Source: an uncultured archaeon
Lineage (GTDB): Archaea > Thermoplasmatota > Penumbrarchaeia > JASLWR01
Assembly (NCBI GenBank): GCA_964430885.1
Contig: CAYSHM010000005.1
Coordinates: forward strand, 64,001-128,000
Direction of reading: 5' to 3'
DNA: 64,000 nucleotides
In this document: positions 1-8,544 of the stretch, piece by piece
Layout of the letters: every line of letters begins with the position of its first letter
How positions within the stretch are numbered: position 1 is the stretch's first letter
Position numbers and translations under genes: made by a program
Notes under the pieces: generated by a model
What the model was told of the DNA's origin: nothing
Database searches by the model: none
Seen by the model: the letters and a program-made list of their open reading frames with translations, nothing else

Positions 1-456
1 GAAAACAACGGATGGAGTGAGCTTGGATATTCTTCTGCATGCCTCCCCGACTGAAACTCCCCACTTATCTATGAGCATATAGACCTTATTGATCTCCTTA
101 GCCAATTCCCCATATTCCTTCATTTCAGATACAATATCGAAAATTCCCTTCCGAGATATTGCAGATGTGGCCAAAACACCTGCTCGGGTAATAAACAACT
201 GCATATCCTGTTCAATCCTTTTTACCCTGGCCTGTTTTTTAATGAATGGGTAGAGAAGGAAAACAGCTATAATAACCACAAAGGATATTCCATAGAGCAG
301 AAAAAGATATATGCCTCCGAATATTGAAGGATATGTCAGTAGAAGAGCAGCGACAGTTACTAGATAAATTAAAACAACTGGCAGAGCCAAATGGAGAAAA
401 TACTTTTTGGAATCGATATCCACTGACGAAAGCGTACTTCTCCATATATCTGTCAC
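1..456 (-). CDS. flaJ: Archaellum assembly membrane platform protein ArlJ/FlaJ (partial, runs off the left edge)
   Basis: Not in the ORF track; translated manually from GTG at 456 (GGTGAGG RBS upstream) and open to base 1: MTDIWRSTLSSVDIDSKKYFLHLALPVV...YPFIKKQARVKRIEQDMQLFITRAGVLATSAISRKGIFDIVSEMKEYGELAKEINKVYMLIDKWGVSVGEACRRISKLTPS. Two TM helices then a T2SSF-like region, directly downstream of flaI. Confidence 0.88.
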   Translation of the reverse strand, partial: MTDIWRSTLSSVDIDSKKYFLHLALPVVLIYLVTVAALLLTYPSIFGGIYLFLLYGISFVVIIAVFLLYPFIKKQARVKRIEQDMQLFITRAGVLATSAISRKGIFDIVSEMKEYGELAKEINKVYMLIDKWGVSVGEACRRISKLTPSVVF

Positions 457-480
457 TAACCCTCACCACAATTTTATAAT

Positions 481-2184
481 TCAAAAGCTACTTCGGCGTT
501 CCATATATTTATCCGCCATTGCTTCCCAACCCTGCTGATAATATGTCCTGAAAACATCTCTAATAGTATCATAACCGAATATATTGTTATCAACAAGATA
601 CTGAATGAACTTCTCTCTTTTTTTCATTTCAACATAAATTTCACGACTATCGGCAAGACCCAAAATTGGAGCGACCTTATTTTCAAGGATGTGACTGTTG
701 AACATACCCCTGAAGCTGTGAATATCGTTTACTGAATCCCATCTGAAAACTGCCCTGTTCAACACTCCTCCTTTAGCTTTGGAATAACCGATTATTTCTT
801 CCATTGAAGAACACCGCCTTACTACAGAACCCTTCATGTACAGGAGCTGTTGAAAGCAGGCTATGTTCAGATTATCCATGAAACGAATAGGTACATTAAT
901 TGGGTGACCAGTGAATCTCTGCAGCATCTTCTGAATTGAAGATGCGTGGAAGGTAGATAATACTGGATGTCCAGTCTGCATTGCCTGAAATGCTACTGCT
1001 CCCTCTTCACCCCTTATCTCTCCAACAATGATATAATCAGGCCTTGATCGTAAAGCAGCTTTAACCAATCCAAATAATGTTACCTGGGACTCCTCGGGAC
1101 CTGATTCCCTCGTAACCAATCTCTGCCAAACCGGATGAGGTACAATAACCTCTGGAGTGTCTTCGGCCGTAAATATCTTGTAATCATAGTTGACAAAATT
1201 CAGCATTGCATTGAGAGAAGTTGTTTTTCCTGAAGCTGTTTCCCCGCTCATGAAAATGGACATTTTATATTCAAGGGCAAGCCACAGATAAGCCGCCATG
1301 GATGAATTAAAGGTCCCCCACTGGATTAGCTGGATCATGGTAGGCGGTGTTTCGGTGAATTTACGAATTGTGAATGAAGCTCCTTTCTTGGAAACATCCT
1401 CACTGTAAATAATATTGATCCTGGAACCATCTGGAAGGGCACCATCCACCACTGGCGACGCATCGCTGACGGGACGGCCTATTCTTTCACTCATGTTCCT
1501 AAGGAATTTATCAAGCTGAAGACTTGTTTCGAAATTTAAATTGGTTGGAACCATTCCGATAACCTTGTGTACAAGGGATATCTGTTCAGTTCCTATAACA
1601 TGAATATCCTCAATAAAGGGATCGCGTATCAATGGTTCTATTGGGCCGTGCCCTATGATGTTCCTGTGAATATAATACCATATAGTCTCTGCCTCATCCT
1701 CTGTTATTGGAACCCTTCTCCGCTTCCAACGCTGGAAAAAACCTTTACGTTTCCTTCCAACCCTGGCATCAGGCCCCTGTATGATATCAACACTTTCATT
1801 CATGAGCTTCCGGAGAATATCTTCAAATTCCTCTTGGGTCTTCGGCGGTTTCTCTTTAGGTGCTCTGTTTAGGATATTTTCCAAAATCAGATCCATTTTT
1901 CCTTGTGTTGCCTCCGTTATCTCGGGCTCCACAGCTATATAGTTTATTCTGGGGTAACCAACAGTAGTCAAATGAATATATACGGGATCCCCAACATCAT
2001 ATATTATATTGACAATTTTTTTCCCATATACCATATTCTTGTTGAAGTTCTCGTGGAATACCAGATGGATCTTTTCATTGGTCCTATCCTCAAACTCTCG
2101 AATATATTTTTTCAAATGTGGATTCTCGTCCACATCTGCTGTTGTCAAAGTATTAACGTCCGATACTTCATTTGGAGCATCCAT
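481..2184 (-). CDS. flaI: Archaellum motor/assembly ATPase ArlI/FlaI (type II/IV secretion ATPase)
   Basis: Walker A GETASGKTT, AEDTPE Asp box, ALRSRPDYIIVGEIRG Walker B, TGHPVLSTFHA His box; lies in the archaellum operon. Confidence 0.95.
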   Translation of the reverse strand: MDAPNEVSDVNTLTTADVDENPHLKKYIREFEDRTNEKIHLVFHENFNKNMVYGKKIVNIIYDVGDPVYIHLTTVGYPRINYIAVEPEITEATQGKMDLILENILNRAPKEKPPKTQEEFEDILRKLMNESVDIIQGPDARVGRKRKGFFQRWKRRRVPITEDEAETIWYYIHRNIIGHGPIEPLIRDPFIEDIHVIGTEQISLVHKVIGMVPTNLNFETSLQLDKFLRNMSERIGRPVSDASPVVDGALPDGSRINIIYSEDVSKKGASFTIRKFTETPPTMIQLIQWGTFNSSMAAYLWLALEYKMSIFMSGETASGKTTSLNAMLNFVNYDYKIFTAEDTPEVIVPHPVWQRLVTRESGPEESQVTLFGLVKAALRSRPDYIIVGEIRGEEGAVAFQAMQTGHPVLSTFHASSIQKMLQRFTGHPINVPIRFMDNLNIACFQQLLYMKGSVVRRCSSMEEIIGYSKAKGGVLNRAVFRWDSVNDIHSFRGMFNSHILENKVAPILGLADSREIYVEMKKREKFIQYLVDNNIFGYDTIRDVFRTYYQQGWEAMADKYMERRSSF

Positions 2185-2208
2185 CTTGTTACCTCTTCAT
2201 CGTAATCA

Positions 2209-2925
2209 TCATGCCACTGCAGTAATATCTACAATAAATCCTGCTCCAGGAATTACCTTGAAACCTACGGTATCACGAACGGGACCTGCTGCAGCTCCAA
2301 ATCTTCGGATCAGCATTTTATGTTCCATTTTTCCTTCAATCGCTTCACATTCCAACTCAATAAAAATATCTGCGATAGAACTGAAAAGGGACTCCACATT
2401 TTCCCCCAGTTCCCTGGATTCTATGGTAATTATTATGTTCTTGCTCTGACCGGATAGTTTTTTAAAGAAGGAAAGAACCTTGAAAGACCTATCCTCATCA
2501 ATATCATGTTTTATCAACTGGGAAAAGGTATCGATAACTATAACATCGTTATTGTAAAGCTCCCTAGTATTCATCAATCGGCCCAGGAAATCCTGCCTCT
2601 CCTTGACCTGTCCGAAGAGAGGAAAAACAGGAATGAATAGGAGCTGTTTCTTCAATAGATGACCCATTACATCATAATCCAGGGATTTCATCTGATCTAT
2701 GAATCCTTTTGTGGTCAGTTCAGTGGAGATTACAGTAACGCTAATGCCGTGCTGCAGGAATGAATACAGCAGCCTCTGGACAACTGCACTTTTCCCGGAT
2801 CCATCCCTTCCTTCAAGAAGCATGGTTGTTCCCTTGGGAATGCCTCCGCCAAACTGCATATGGAGGTTATCCCGGTCCATTATTATCGGAAGGTATTTAT
2901 CAGTATCTACCATTTGAAATATCAC
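2209..2925 (-). CDS. flaH: Archaellum accessory ATP-binding protein ArlH/FlaH (RecA/KaiC-like)
   Basis: GGGIPKG...EGRDGSGKS Walker A, VIVIDTFS Walker B, C-terminal GFKVIPGAGFIVDITAVA; sits between flaG and flaI. Confidence 0.93.
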   Translation of the reverse strand: MIFQMVDTDKYLPIIMDRDNLHMQFGGGIPKGTTMLLEGRDGSGKSAVVQRLLYSFLQHGISVTVISTELTTKGFIDQMKSLDYDVMGHLLKKQLLFIPVFPLFGQVKERQDFLGRLMNTRELYNNDVIVIDTFSQLIKHDIDEDRSFKVLSFFKKLSGQSKNIIITIESRELGENVESLFSSIADIFIELECEAIEGKMEHKMLIRRFGAAAGPVRDTVGFKVIPGAGFIVDITAVA

Positions 2926-2931
2926 CCTTGA

Positions 2932-3423
2932 TCATATATTTACTACCCTGATATATTTGGAATCCGAAACCTCAGAATGACCGGAAACCAGCATTTTTAT
3001 TCTGTATTGATAATCCGGAAAAAGGGGATCGGTATTATAGGTCAATCTGATTGTTTGTCCGGGAAGGAGTTCAACACCCTTCCCGATAATTGAATAATTG
3101 GATGGGAGATAGTCGGTGTTAGTAACATTGCCGCCTGTTAAAAGCAGAATGAAAGATGAGTTCACTTCGGCTGCTGAAAAGGATTTATGCCCCACATTTT
3201 TTAAATAGAGTATCAGATTGTTTGTGGTATTGTTGAACGGTACCATGGTGACATCGTTCTCAATGGAAATATCATAGAGCAGAGAACCGGATTGACTCAT
3301 TCCCCTTGATTCAATGTTATCAGCCATGTCCATGGAAACCTTAACAATTACTCCTGATATGGCAGAAGCCGCTACTACCGCTGCAATGAACCAAATAATA
3401 TGAGATGCAGATGTGTCAGCCAT
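2932..3423 (-). CDS. flaG: Archaellum stator protein ArlG/FlaG
   Basis: MADTSASHIIWFIAAVVAA N-terminal TM, IENDV...LYLKNVG motif, operon position. Confidence 0.85.
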   Translation of the reverse strand: MADTSASHIIWFIAAVVAASAISGVIVKVSMDMADNIESRGMSQSGSLLYDISIENDVTMVPFNNTTNNLILYLKNVGHKSFSAAEVNSSFILLLTGGNVTNTDYLPSNYSIIGKGVELLPGQTIRLTYNTDPLFPDYQYRIKMLVSGHSEVSDSKYIRVVNI

Positions 3424-3480
3424 TTTTTTCCTTCCGTTTAATTTTTGAAATTAAATTTCCTTTCGGGGATCTTAGGTAAT

Positions 3481-3933
3481 TCAGTTAATTGTGGTATAAC
3501 GCCCATAACCGTTTTGAACAGTAACCCTTATGTGGATAGGTTTTGCAATTCCCGCATTGGCAATAGTAATATTTGCAGTCTCCCCGGGACTGCATATATA
3601 GGTTTTGTTCATCATATTTCCAGCAAACGAGTAGACCTGATAGCTATTATTATACCTGAGTCCGTTCAGATAAACATCGGTGAATCTCAAATCCAAAGGA
3701 TTAGAACCATTGTTCTTTATTGTGATATTTACCACATTGGCAGGAGCGGGATAATGCCTGGCATCAGTAAAGGAAAGGGTAGTATCCAGAAGAGAACGCT
3801 GTCGCTCCAGATATCCATCTCTGGCTTCCCTTACCATTTCATCTTTAACATCATGAGCCTCCCATACTGAAGCTACCGAGATTATTAGCGCGATGAAAAT
3901 TATACCTGCGGATGCGGTTACCCCTAAGCCCAT
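3481..3933 (-). CDS. flaF: Archaellum stator protein ArlF/FlaF
   Basis: MGLGVTASAGIIFIAL N-terminal TM, ITIKNNGS, PGETANITI, VTVQNG motifs, operon position. Confidence 0.85.
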   Translation of the reverse strand: MGLGVTASAGIIFIALIISVASVWEAHDVKDEMVREARDGYLERQRSLLDTTLSFTDARHYPAPANVVNITIKNNGSNPLDLRFTDVYLNGLRYNNSYQVYSFAGNMMNKTYICSPGETANITIANAGIAKPIHIRVTVQNGYGRYTTIN

Positions 3934-3939
3934 ATTTAA

Positions 3940-4977
3940 TTATCCTCCTTCTATGAATCCCCCAATATGCTCCTTTCTTATCCTCTCAATATGCTCCAGG
4001 GACTGAGCATGATCTTCAATGGATAGTTTCCAGCCTTCCTCCTCACCGATTATTGTTCCGTCCTCATTAAGGTAGATGTCATCATCGTCATCTGTGAAAT
4101 CCGCTTCAATTTTAGAACCCATGAGGAAATTTAAGGTGGTTATCTCAATATTTTCACCTATCCAGCCCAGCTCTCGATAGTATTTCAACAGATTCGGTAT
4201 GTCCTCGGCCCTCATTTTGGTCTCCAAAAATCTCAGCCAAGACAAAATAGAGGATTCAAAGCGAAATTCGTTTCCAATTTCAACATTAGTTTCTTTTGCC
4301 ATTTCCTTGTCTGTATCCACGAATCCATCCTCATCCTCCAATATTTCCATCCTACCTGGCTGTCCCTCTCGACCTCCGTATGGAACACCTTCATTACCCC
4401 TTATCAACTCCACATTATCAATGATTCCGTCCCACCTTTTATCACCGGAGAACTGCCCCATGGCATCGAACTCAATGAATGGATTTATCTGAGCTGAGAT
4501 CAGATCATACAGGGCTGAAAGTTCTCTAATGGTCTTATCCACCTTGGTGTAGGAGTCCCTCATATCCTCAAGCTCTCTGATGATAACCTCCAATCTAGAA
4601 TAGTCTTCCTTAATCTCCCTTATTCCTGACTCTATACTGTAAACTGTCTCTTCATAACCTGAGACCTTTTCCTTCAGTTTAGTGATATCATCCTTCATTT
4701 TCTCAATTTTTGCAAGTGCCCTGCTGTCCATTCCTATTTTGATTATCTCCTTGTCACCCTTCTTCTCGACAACGTTTATCTCCTCCTTCTCATCACCTTT
4801 CACCGTAGGAATTCCCACTTCCAGCTCATATCTGTCGAAGTCACGGGGCTCTCTTTCCTTCCTCTTCTCCTTCCTCCTCCCCCTAGGTGAATCTCTTCTC
4901 GGGTTCTTCTTTCTCCCGTATTCGTTTCCTCCTCTTCTCTTCCCTTTTCCAGGGAATGATCTTCCATTGCTTTCCAT
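3940..4977 (-). CDS. Fused archaellum switch-complex protein ArlC-ArlD/E (FlaCDE-type)
   Basis: Coiled coil ending in the FlaC-like motif LSALYDLISAQINPF; C-terminal FlaD/E-like WLRFLE...LLKYYRELGWIG...LSIEDHAQSLEHIERI; GGTGA RBS before the ATG. Confidence 0.8.
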   Translation of the reverse strand: MESNGRSFPGKGKRRGGNEYGRKKNPRRDSPRGRRKEKRKEREPRDFDRYELEVGIPTVKGDEKEEINVVEKKGDKEIIKIGMDSRALAKIEKMKDDITKLKEKVSGYEETVYSIESGIREIKEDYSRLEVIIRELEDMRDSYTKVDKTIRELSALYDLISAQINPFIEFDAMGQFSGDKRWDGIIDNVELIRGNEGVPYGGREGQPGRMEILEDEDGFVDTDKEMAKETNVEIGNEFRFESSILSWLRFLETKMRAEDIPNLLKYYRELGWIGENIEITTLNFLMGSKIEADFTDDDDDIYLNEDGTIIGEEEGWKLSIEDHAQSLEHIERIRKEHIGGFIEGG

Positions 4978-5061
4978 TGGAATGTTATCACCAACTATAT
5001 CACGATGCTACCGCACTTATTTTCTTGAAATCAAGTATTATAATTCCTGAGCGTAAAAATA

Positions 5062-5095
5062 TAATAGGAAGCAAATAGAAAATTGCTTCCTATTA
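5062..5095 (-). terminator. Stem-loop downstream of archaellin copy 1 (putative terminator/attenuator)
   Basis: Perfect 13-bp inverted repeat TAATAGGAAGCAA-N8-TTGCTTCCTATTA about 10 nt after the arlB stop, followed on the minus strand by TATTTTT. Confidence 0.6.
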
Positions 5096-5104
5096 AAAAC
5101 ATAT

Positions 5105-5776
5105 TTAATACAAATCTACCCAGCCGCCATTTGCCGGAAATGCAGAGGGTATATTGAATCCTCTGCTCGTGGGGGTCATCCCAGTTCCGATCATGAACTT
5201 GATGGACCCGTCGGATGAGGTGTCCAGACCACTACCGGTGAGGGCAGTTATATTACCGCCTGCACTGGCCTTGTTCAGATCGATATCGATGTATACCAAT
5301 GAATCCCCATCCAGTACTGCATCGTTCTGGAATGACTGATGCGGATCCACTGTTGCATTCGTCGTGAAAGCCTCTAGATTGAAAGTTGCCCGGTTTCCAT
5401 TCAAGTGATGTAAACAATCAGCAACTCCGGCCTCTGCTCCTGTGGGTTCCTTATCTTCCCAGCTAATATGGCACATCAATTCATTCTGGAGATCAATTGC
5501 TTCCGTTCCAGAATAGAGAGCAATATAGAATCTGAGTATCTGAAGCTCTCCAGCAGGCCCGTTTACAAGTCCCTGCATTGTCTGTACTTTAATACCTCCG
5601 GAAACATCTTCTGTTACCTCCGAACCTGTCTTGTTCGCTCTATCCTGTAAGCTGCCTGAAGTATTTATCAACACAGCAGCAGCTATTGCAGCCACGAGCA
5701 CCATGGCTATGAACACAATAAGTGTTCCAATACCCACGGCTCCATTTTCCTTCTTTCTGAAGTTTTTTCTATTCAT
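5105..5776 (-). CDS. flaB: Archaellin ArlB/FlaB (copy 1)
   Basis: Class III signal peptide [12 protein letters not shown]|[29 protein letters not shown], the canonical archaellin N-terminus. Confidence 0.96.
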   Translation of the reverse strand: MNRKNFRKKENGAVGIGTLIVFIAMVLVAAIAAAVLINTSGSLQDRANKTGSEVTEDVSGGIKVQTMQGLVNGPAGELQILRFYIALYSGTEAIDLQNELMCHISWEDKEPTGAEAGVADCLHHLNGNRATFNLEAFTTNATVDPHQSFQNDAVLDGDSLVYIDIDLNKASAGGNITALTGSGLDTSSDGSIKFMIGTGMTPTSRGFNIPSAFPANGGWVDLY

Positions 5777-5920
5777 TTTTTCACCTTTTTCTTATCACAT
5801 TGGTTTCATCGGACTGGTTGTCCTCTCCCTATTTTTTAAAAAATTCTTGCTTTGTATCTAATTATCCAAATATACTCCAATTTTCATATTTCCTTAATTG
5901 ATTAATGTTGATCATCAAAT

Positions 5921-6217
5921 CTATGATTCCTCTTCAGTTTCGGTGGATGAGATATCCTCATCTTCTGACATCTTTTCATTGCTTGTCGCGCTTTCCTCAA
6001 GCATCTTGATCATATCCGGCATAAACATCATATTTTTAAATTTATTATTTACTGGCTTGAAACCCGTTGTCTCAATATCAAGAAGCTCGTCATCTACAAT
6101 ATCTTCCCCCTCCTCTTCGGGCCATTCCTCGGTTTCCTCTTCCACTTCCTCCTCCTCTTCTCTTCCCTTTTCCAGGGAATGATCTTCCATTGCTTTCCAT
6201 TGGAATGTTATCACCAA
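5921..6217 (-). pseudogene. Chimeric duplication-junction ORF: out-of-frame arlC 5' sequence fused to the last ~80 codons of the 7144-8544 gene
   Basis: N-terminal MVITFQWKAMEDHSLEKGR is identical to shadow ORF 4800-4994; the C-terminus is identical to the end of 7144-8544. Confidence 0.7.
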
Positions 6218-6284
6218 CTATATCACGATGCTACCGCACTTATTTTCTTGAAATCAAGTATTATAATTCCTGAGCGTAAAAATA

Positions 6285-6318
6285 TAATAGGAAGCAAATA
6301 GAAAATTGCTTCCTATTA
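6285..6318 (-). terminator. Stem-loop downstream of archaellin copy 2 (duplicate of 5062-5095)
   Basis: Same 13-bp inverted repeat at +1223. Confidence 0.6.
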
Positions 6319-6327
6319 AAAACATAT

Positions 6328-6999
6328 TTAATACAAATCTACCCAGCCGCCATTTGCCGGAAATGCAGAGGGTATATTGAATCCTCTGCTCGTGGGGGTC
6401 ATCCCAGTTCCGATCATGAACTTGATGGACCCGTCGGATGAGGTGTCCAGACCACTACCGGTGAGGGCAGTTATATTACCGCCTGCACTGGCCTTGTTCA
6501 GATCGATATCGATGTATACCAATGAATCCCCATCCAGTACTGCATCGTTCTGGAATGACTGATGCGGATCCACTGTTGCATTCGTCGTGAAAGCCTCTAG
6601 ATTGAAAGTTGCCCGGTTTCCATTCAAGTGATGTAAACAATCAGCAACTCCGGCCTCTGCTCCTGTGGGTTCCTTATCTTCCCAGCTAATATGGCACATC
6701 AATTCATTCTGGAGATCAATTGCTTCCGTTCCAGAATAGAGAGCAATATAGAATCTGAGTATCTGAAGCTCTCCAGCAGGCCCGTTTACAAGTCCCTGCA
6801 TTGTCTGTACTTTAATACCTCCGGAAACATCTTCTGTTACCTCCGAACCTGTCTTGTTCGCTCTATCCTGTAAGCTGCCTGAAGTATTTATCAACACAGC
6901 AGCAGCTATTGCAGCCACGAGCACCATGGCTATGAACACAATAAGTGTTCCAATACCCACGGCTCCATTTTCCTTCTTTCTGAAGTTTTTTCTATTCAT
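6328..6999 (-). CDS. flaB: Archaellin ArlB/FlaB (copy 2, identical protein)
   Basis: Translation identical to 5105-5776. Confidence 0.95.
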   Translation of the reverse strand: MNRKNFRKKENGAVGIGTLIVFIAMVLVAAIAAAVLINTSGSLQDRANKTGSEVTEDVSGGIKVQTMQGLVNGPAGELQILRFYIALYSGTEAIDLQNELMCHISWEDKEPTGAEAGVADCLHHLNGNRATFNLEAFTTNATVDPHQSFQNDAVLDGDSLVYIDIDLNKASAGGNITALTGSGLDTSSDGSIKFMIGTGMTPTSRGFNIPSAFPANGGWVDLY

Positions 7000-7143
7000 T
7001 TTTTCACCTTTTTCTTATCACATTGGTTTCATCGGACTGGTTGTCCTCTCCCTATTTTTTAAAAAATTCTTGCTTTGTATCTAATTATCCAAATATACTC
7101 CAATTTTCATATTTCCTTAATTGATTAATGTTGATCATCAAAT

Positions 7144-8544
7144 CTATGATTCCTCTTCAGTTTCGGTGGATGAGATATCCTCATCTTCTGACATCTTTTC
7201 ATTGCTTGTCGCGCTTTCCTCAAGCATCTTGATCATATCCGGCATAAACATCATATTTTTAAATTTATTATTTACTGGCTTGAAACCCGTTGTCTCAATA
7301 TCAAGAAGCTCGTCATCTACAATATCTTCCCCCTCCTCTTCGGGCCATTCCTCGGTTTCCTCTTCCACTTCCTCCTCCTCTTCTTCCTCTTCCACTTCCT
7401 CCTCCTCTTCTTCCTCTTCCACTTCCTCCTCCTCTTCTTCCTCTTCAGGCCAATCCTCAACTTCCTCCTCCACTTCTTCCTCATCTTCCTCCCATTCATC
7501 CTGGACTATTTCTGGTTCTGCCCAAACATCCTCTTCAACACTTTCTTCATTCCAATCCGGTTCCAATTCATAATCCTCAGGCATTGAATAGGACCAGGTA
7601 TAGGGGAAATCATCTTCATATGTAGCTGTGTATCTTGACACCCTGCCTTTTTTACGGCCCGGGGTAAGATCGAAGATGACAACTTCGGATCCGTAGGCTT
7701 CAATCTCATCAATAACTTTGGATTCCTCGTCCGACTTTAAACCTTTGGGTACAAATGGATAAACATCAATATCAATCAAGGGGGCTTCCTTCAAATTTTT
7801 CACCATAACTTTGTATGTAGCGATACCGTCCTTGCATTCAAGTATGGTTTTGAGTATAATATCCTTACCCTCAATGAGAGCACCTGGGACACCTATGTTC
7901 CAGTTCTTAACAACAGGCATCAGAGTAAATCGGATTTCCTTAGCCTGCATACTGAAAACCTCGCCGATTGGCTGCTCACGTATAGGTGCAAACATTTCCG
8001 TATTGACTGCAGGCTGCAATATCAATTCGCCCAAGCTGTCCGGTGAATGGTTCTCAATTTTAATCTTGTAGATGATCTTACCCTGCTCGATACCCACGGC
8101 CGATTTGATGGTAATATCCTTGTTTAGCAGAGGAAAAGGTTTGAATGTTGCTCTGCGAAGAACCTTCCTGGCGCGGTCCATAAGGGAAAGGGCTCTATTG
8201 TAATCCAGTGATAGTATCGCCTTTTTAACGTCAACAAGTATTCTCTCCGCTTCGTCAGTATCATACCTAAGCTTCTTTACGTAATATATATAGTCCTCAA
8301 GAGACTTGAAATCGGATAGTACTCTCCTATGGAATTCACGGGCCTTCTCAGCCCAATTTAGTGACTGCTGCGCCACCCGCTGGGCCTTGAAGTATTTACC
8401 CAATCTAAGAAGTTCTTTGGCCACCGCCAGCTTTTCCGTGGCAGTTTCCACAGAAGCTGCACCGCCGGTAATCCTTTCACCTGATTCCTGAGCCCTTCTG
8501 ATACTCAACCTGACCACTTCAATACCCCCTCTGCATGTTATCAC
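7144..8544 (-). CDS. Hypothetical protein: helical repeats, two duplicated beta-sandwich-like domains and a Glu-rich acidic tail
   Basis: Internal duplication KDITIKSAVGIEQGKIIYKIKIENHS / KDIILKTILECKDGIATYKVMVKNLK; long poly-Glu C-terminus; overlaps the upstream gene by 26 nt. Confidence 0.75.
   Translation of the reverse strand: MITCRGGIEVVRLSIRRAQESGERITGGAASVETATEKLAVAKELLRLGKYFKAQRVAQQSLNWAEKAREFHRRVLSDFKSLEDYIYYVKKLRYDTDEAERILVDVKKAILSLDYNRALSLMDRARKVLRRATFKPFPLLNKDITIKSAVGIEQGKIIYKIKIENHSPDSLGELILQPAVNTEMFAPIREQPIGEVFSMQAKEIRFTLMPVVKNWNIGVPGALIEGKDIILKTILECKDGIATYKVMVKNLKEAPLIDIDVYPFVPKGLKSDEESKVIDEIEAYGSEVVIFDLTPGRKKGRVSRYTATYEDDFPYTWSYSMPEDYELEPDWNEESVEEDVWAEPEIVQDEWEEDEEEVEEEVEDWPEEEEEEEEVEEEEEEEEVEEEEEEEEVEEETEEWPEEEGEDIVDDELLDIETTGFKPVNNKFKNMMFMPDMIKMLEESATSNEKMSEDEDISSTETEEES
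7357..7446. repeat. 27-bp coding tandem repeat x3.3 (EEEEEEEEV)
   Basis: TTCCTCTTCCACTTCCTCCTCCTCTTC at 7357, 7384 and 7411, plus a partial copy. Confidence 0.9.

Larger units (their letters stand above)
4927..7384. repeat. Tandem direct duplication with a 1223-bp unit (4927-6161 matches 6150-7384)
   Basis: Constant 1223-nt offset and identical translated ORFs in both copies. The junction carries the 12-nt microhomology TCCTCCTCTTCT (4927-4938, 6150-6161, 7373-7384). Confidence 0.95.

Noticed and set aside
239-484. 81-aa minus-strand ORF from the track
   Set aside because: Wrong frame; the overlapping frame from GTG 456 encodes a recognisable FlaJ.
5921-6217. 98-aa ORF as a genuine novel archaellum gene
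   Set aside because: Fully explained as a junction chimera of the 1223-bp duplication.
7357-7446. Short repeats as a possible CRISPR array (also 41943-42028)
   Set aside because: No spacers; in-frame coding repeats of 27 and 36 nt; no cas genes.
7121-7625. Poly-Ser and Pro/Leu-rich plus-strand ORFs (also 5898-6273 and 41742-42515)
   Set aside because: Antisense shadows of poly-Glu/Asp/Lys coding tracts.
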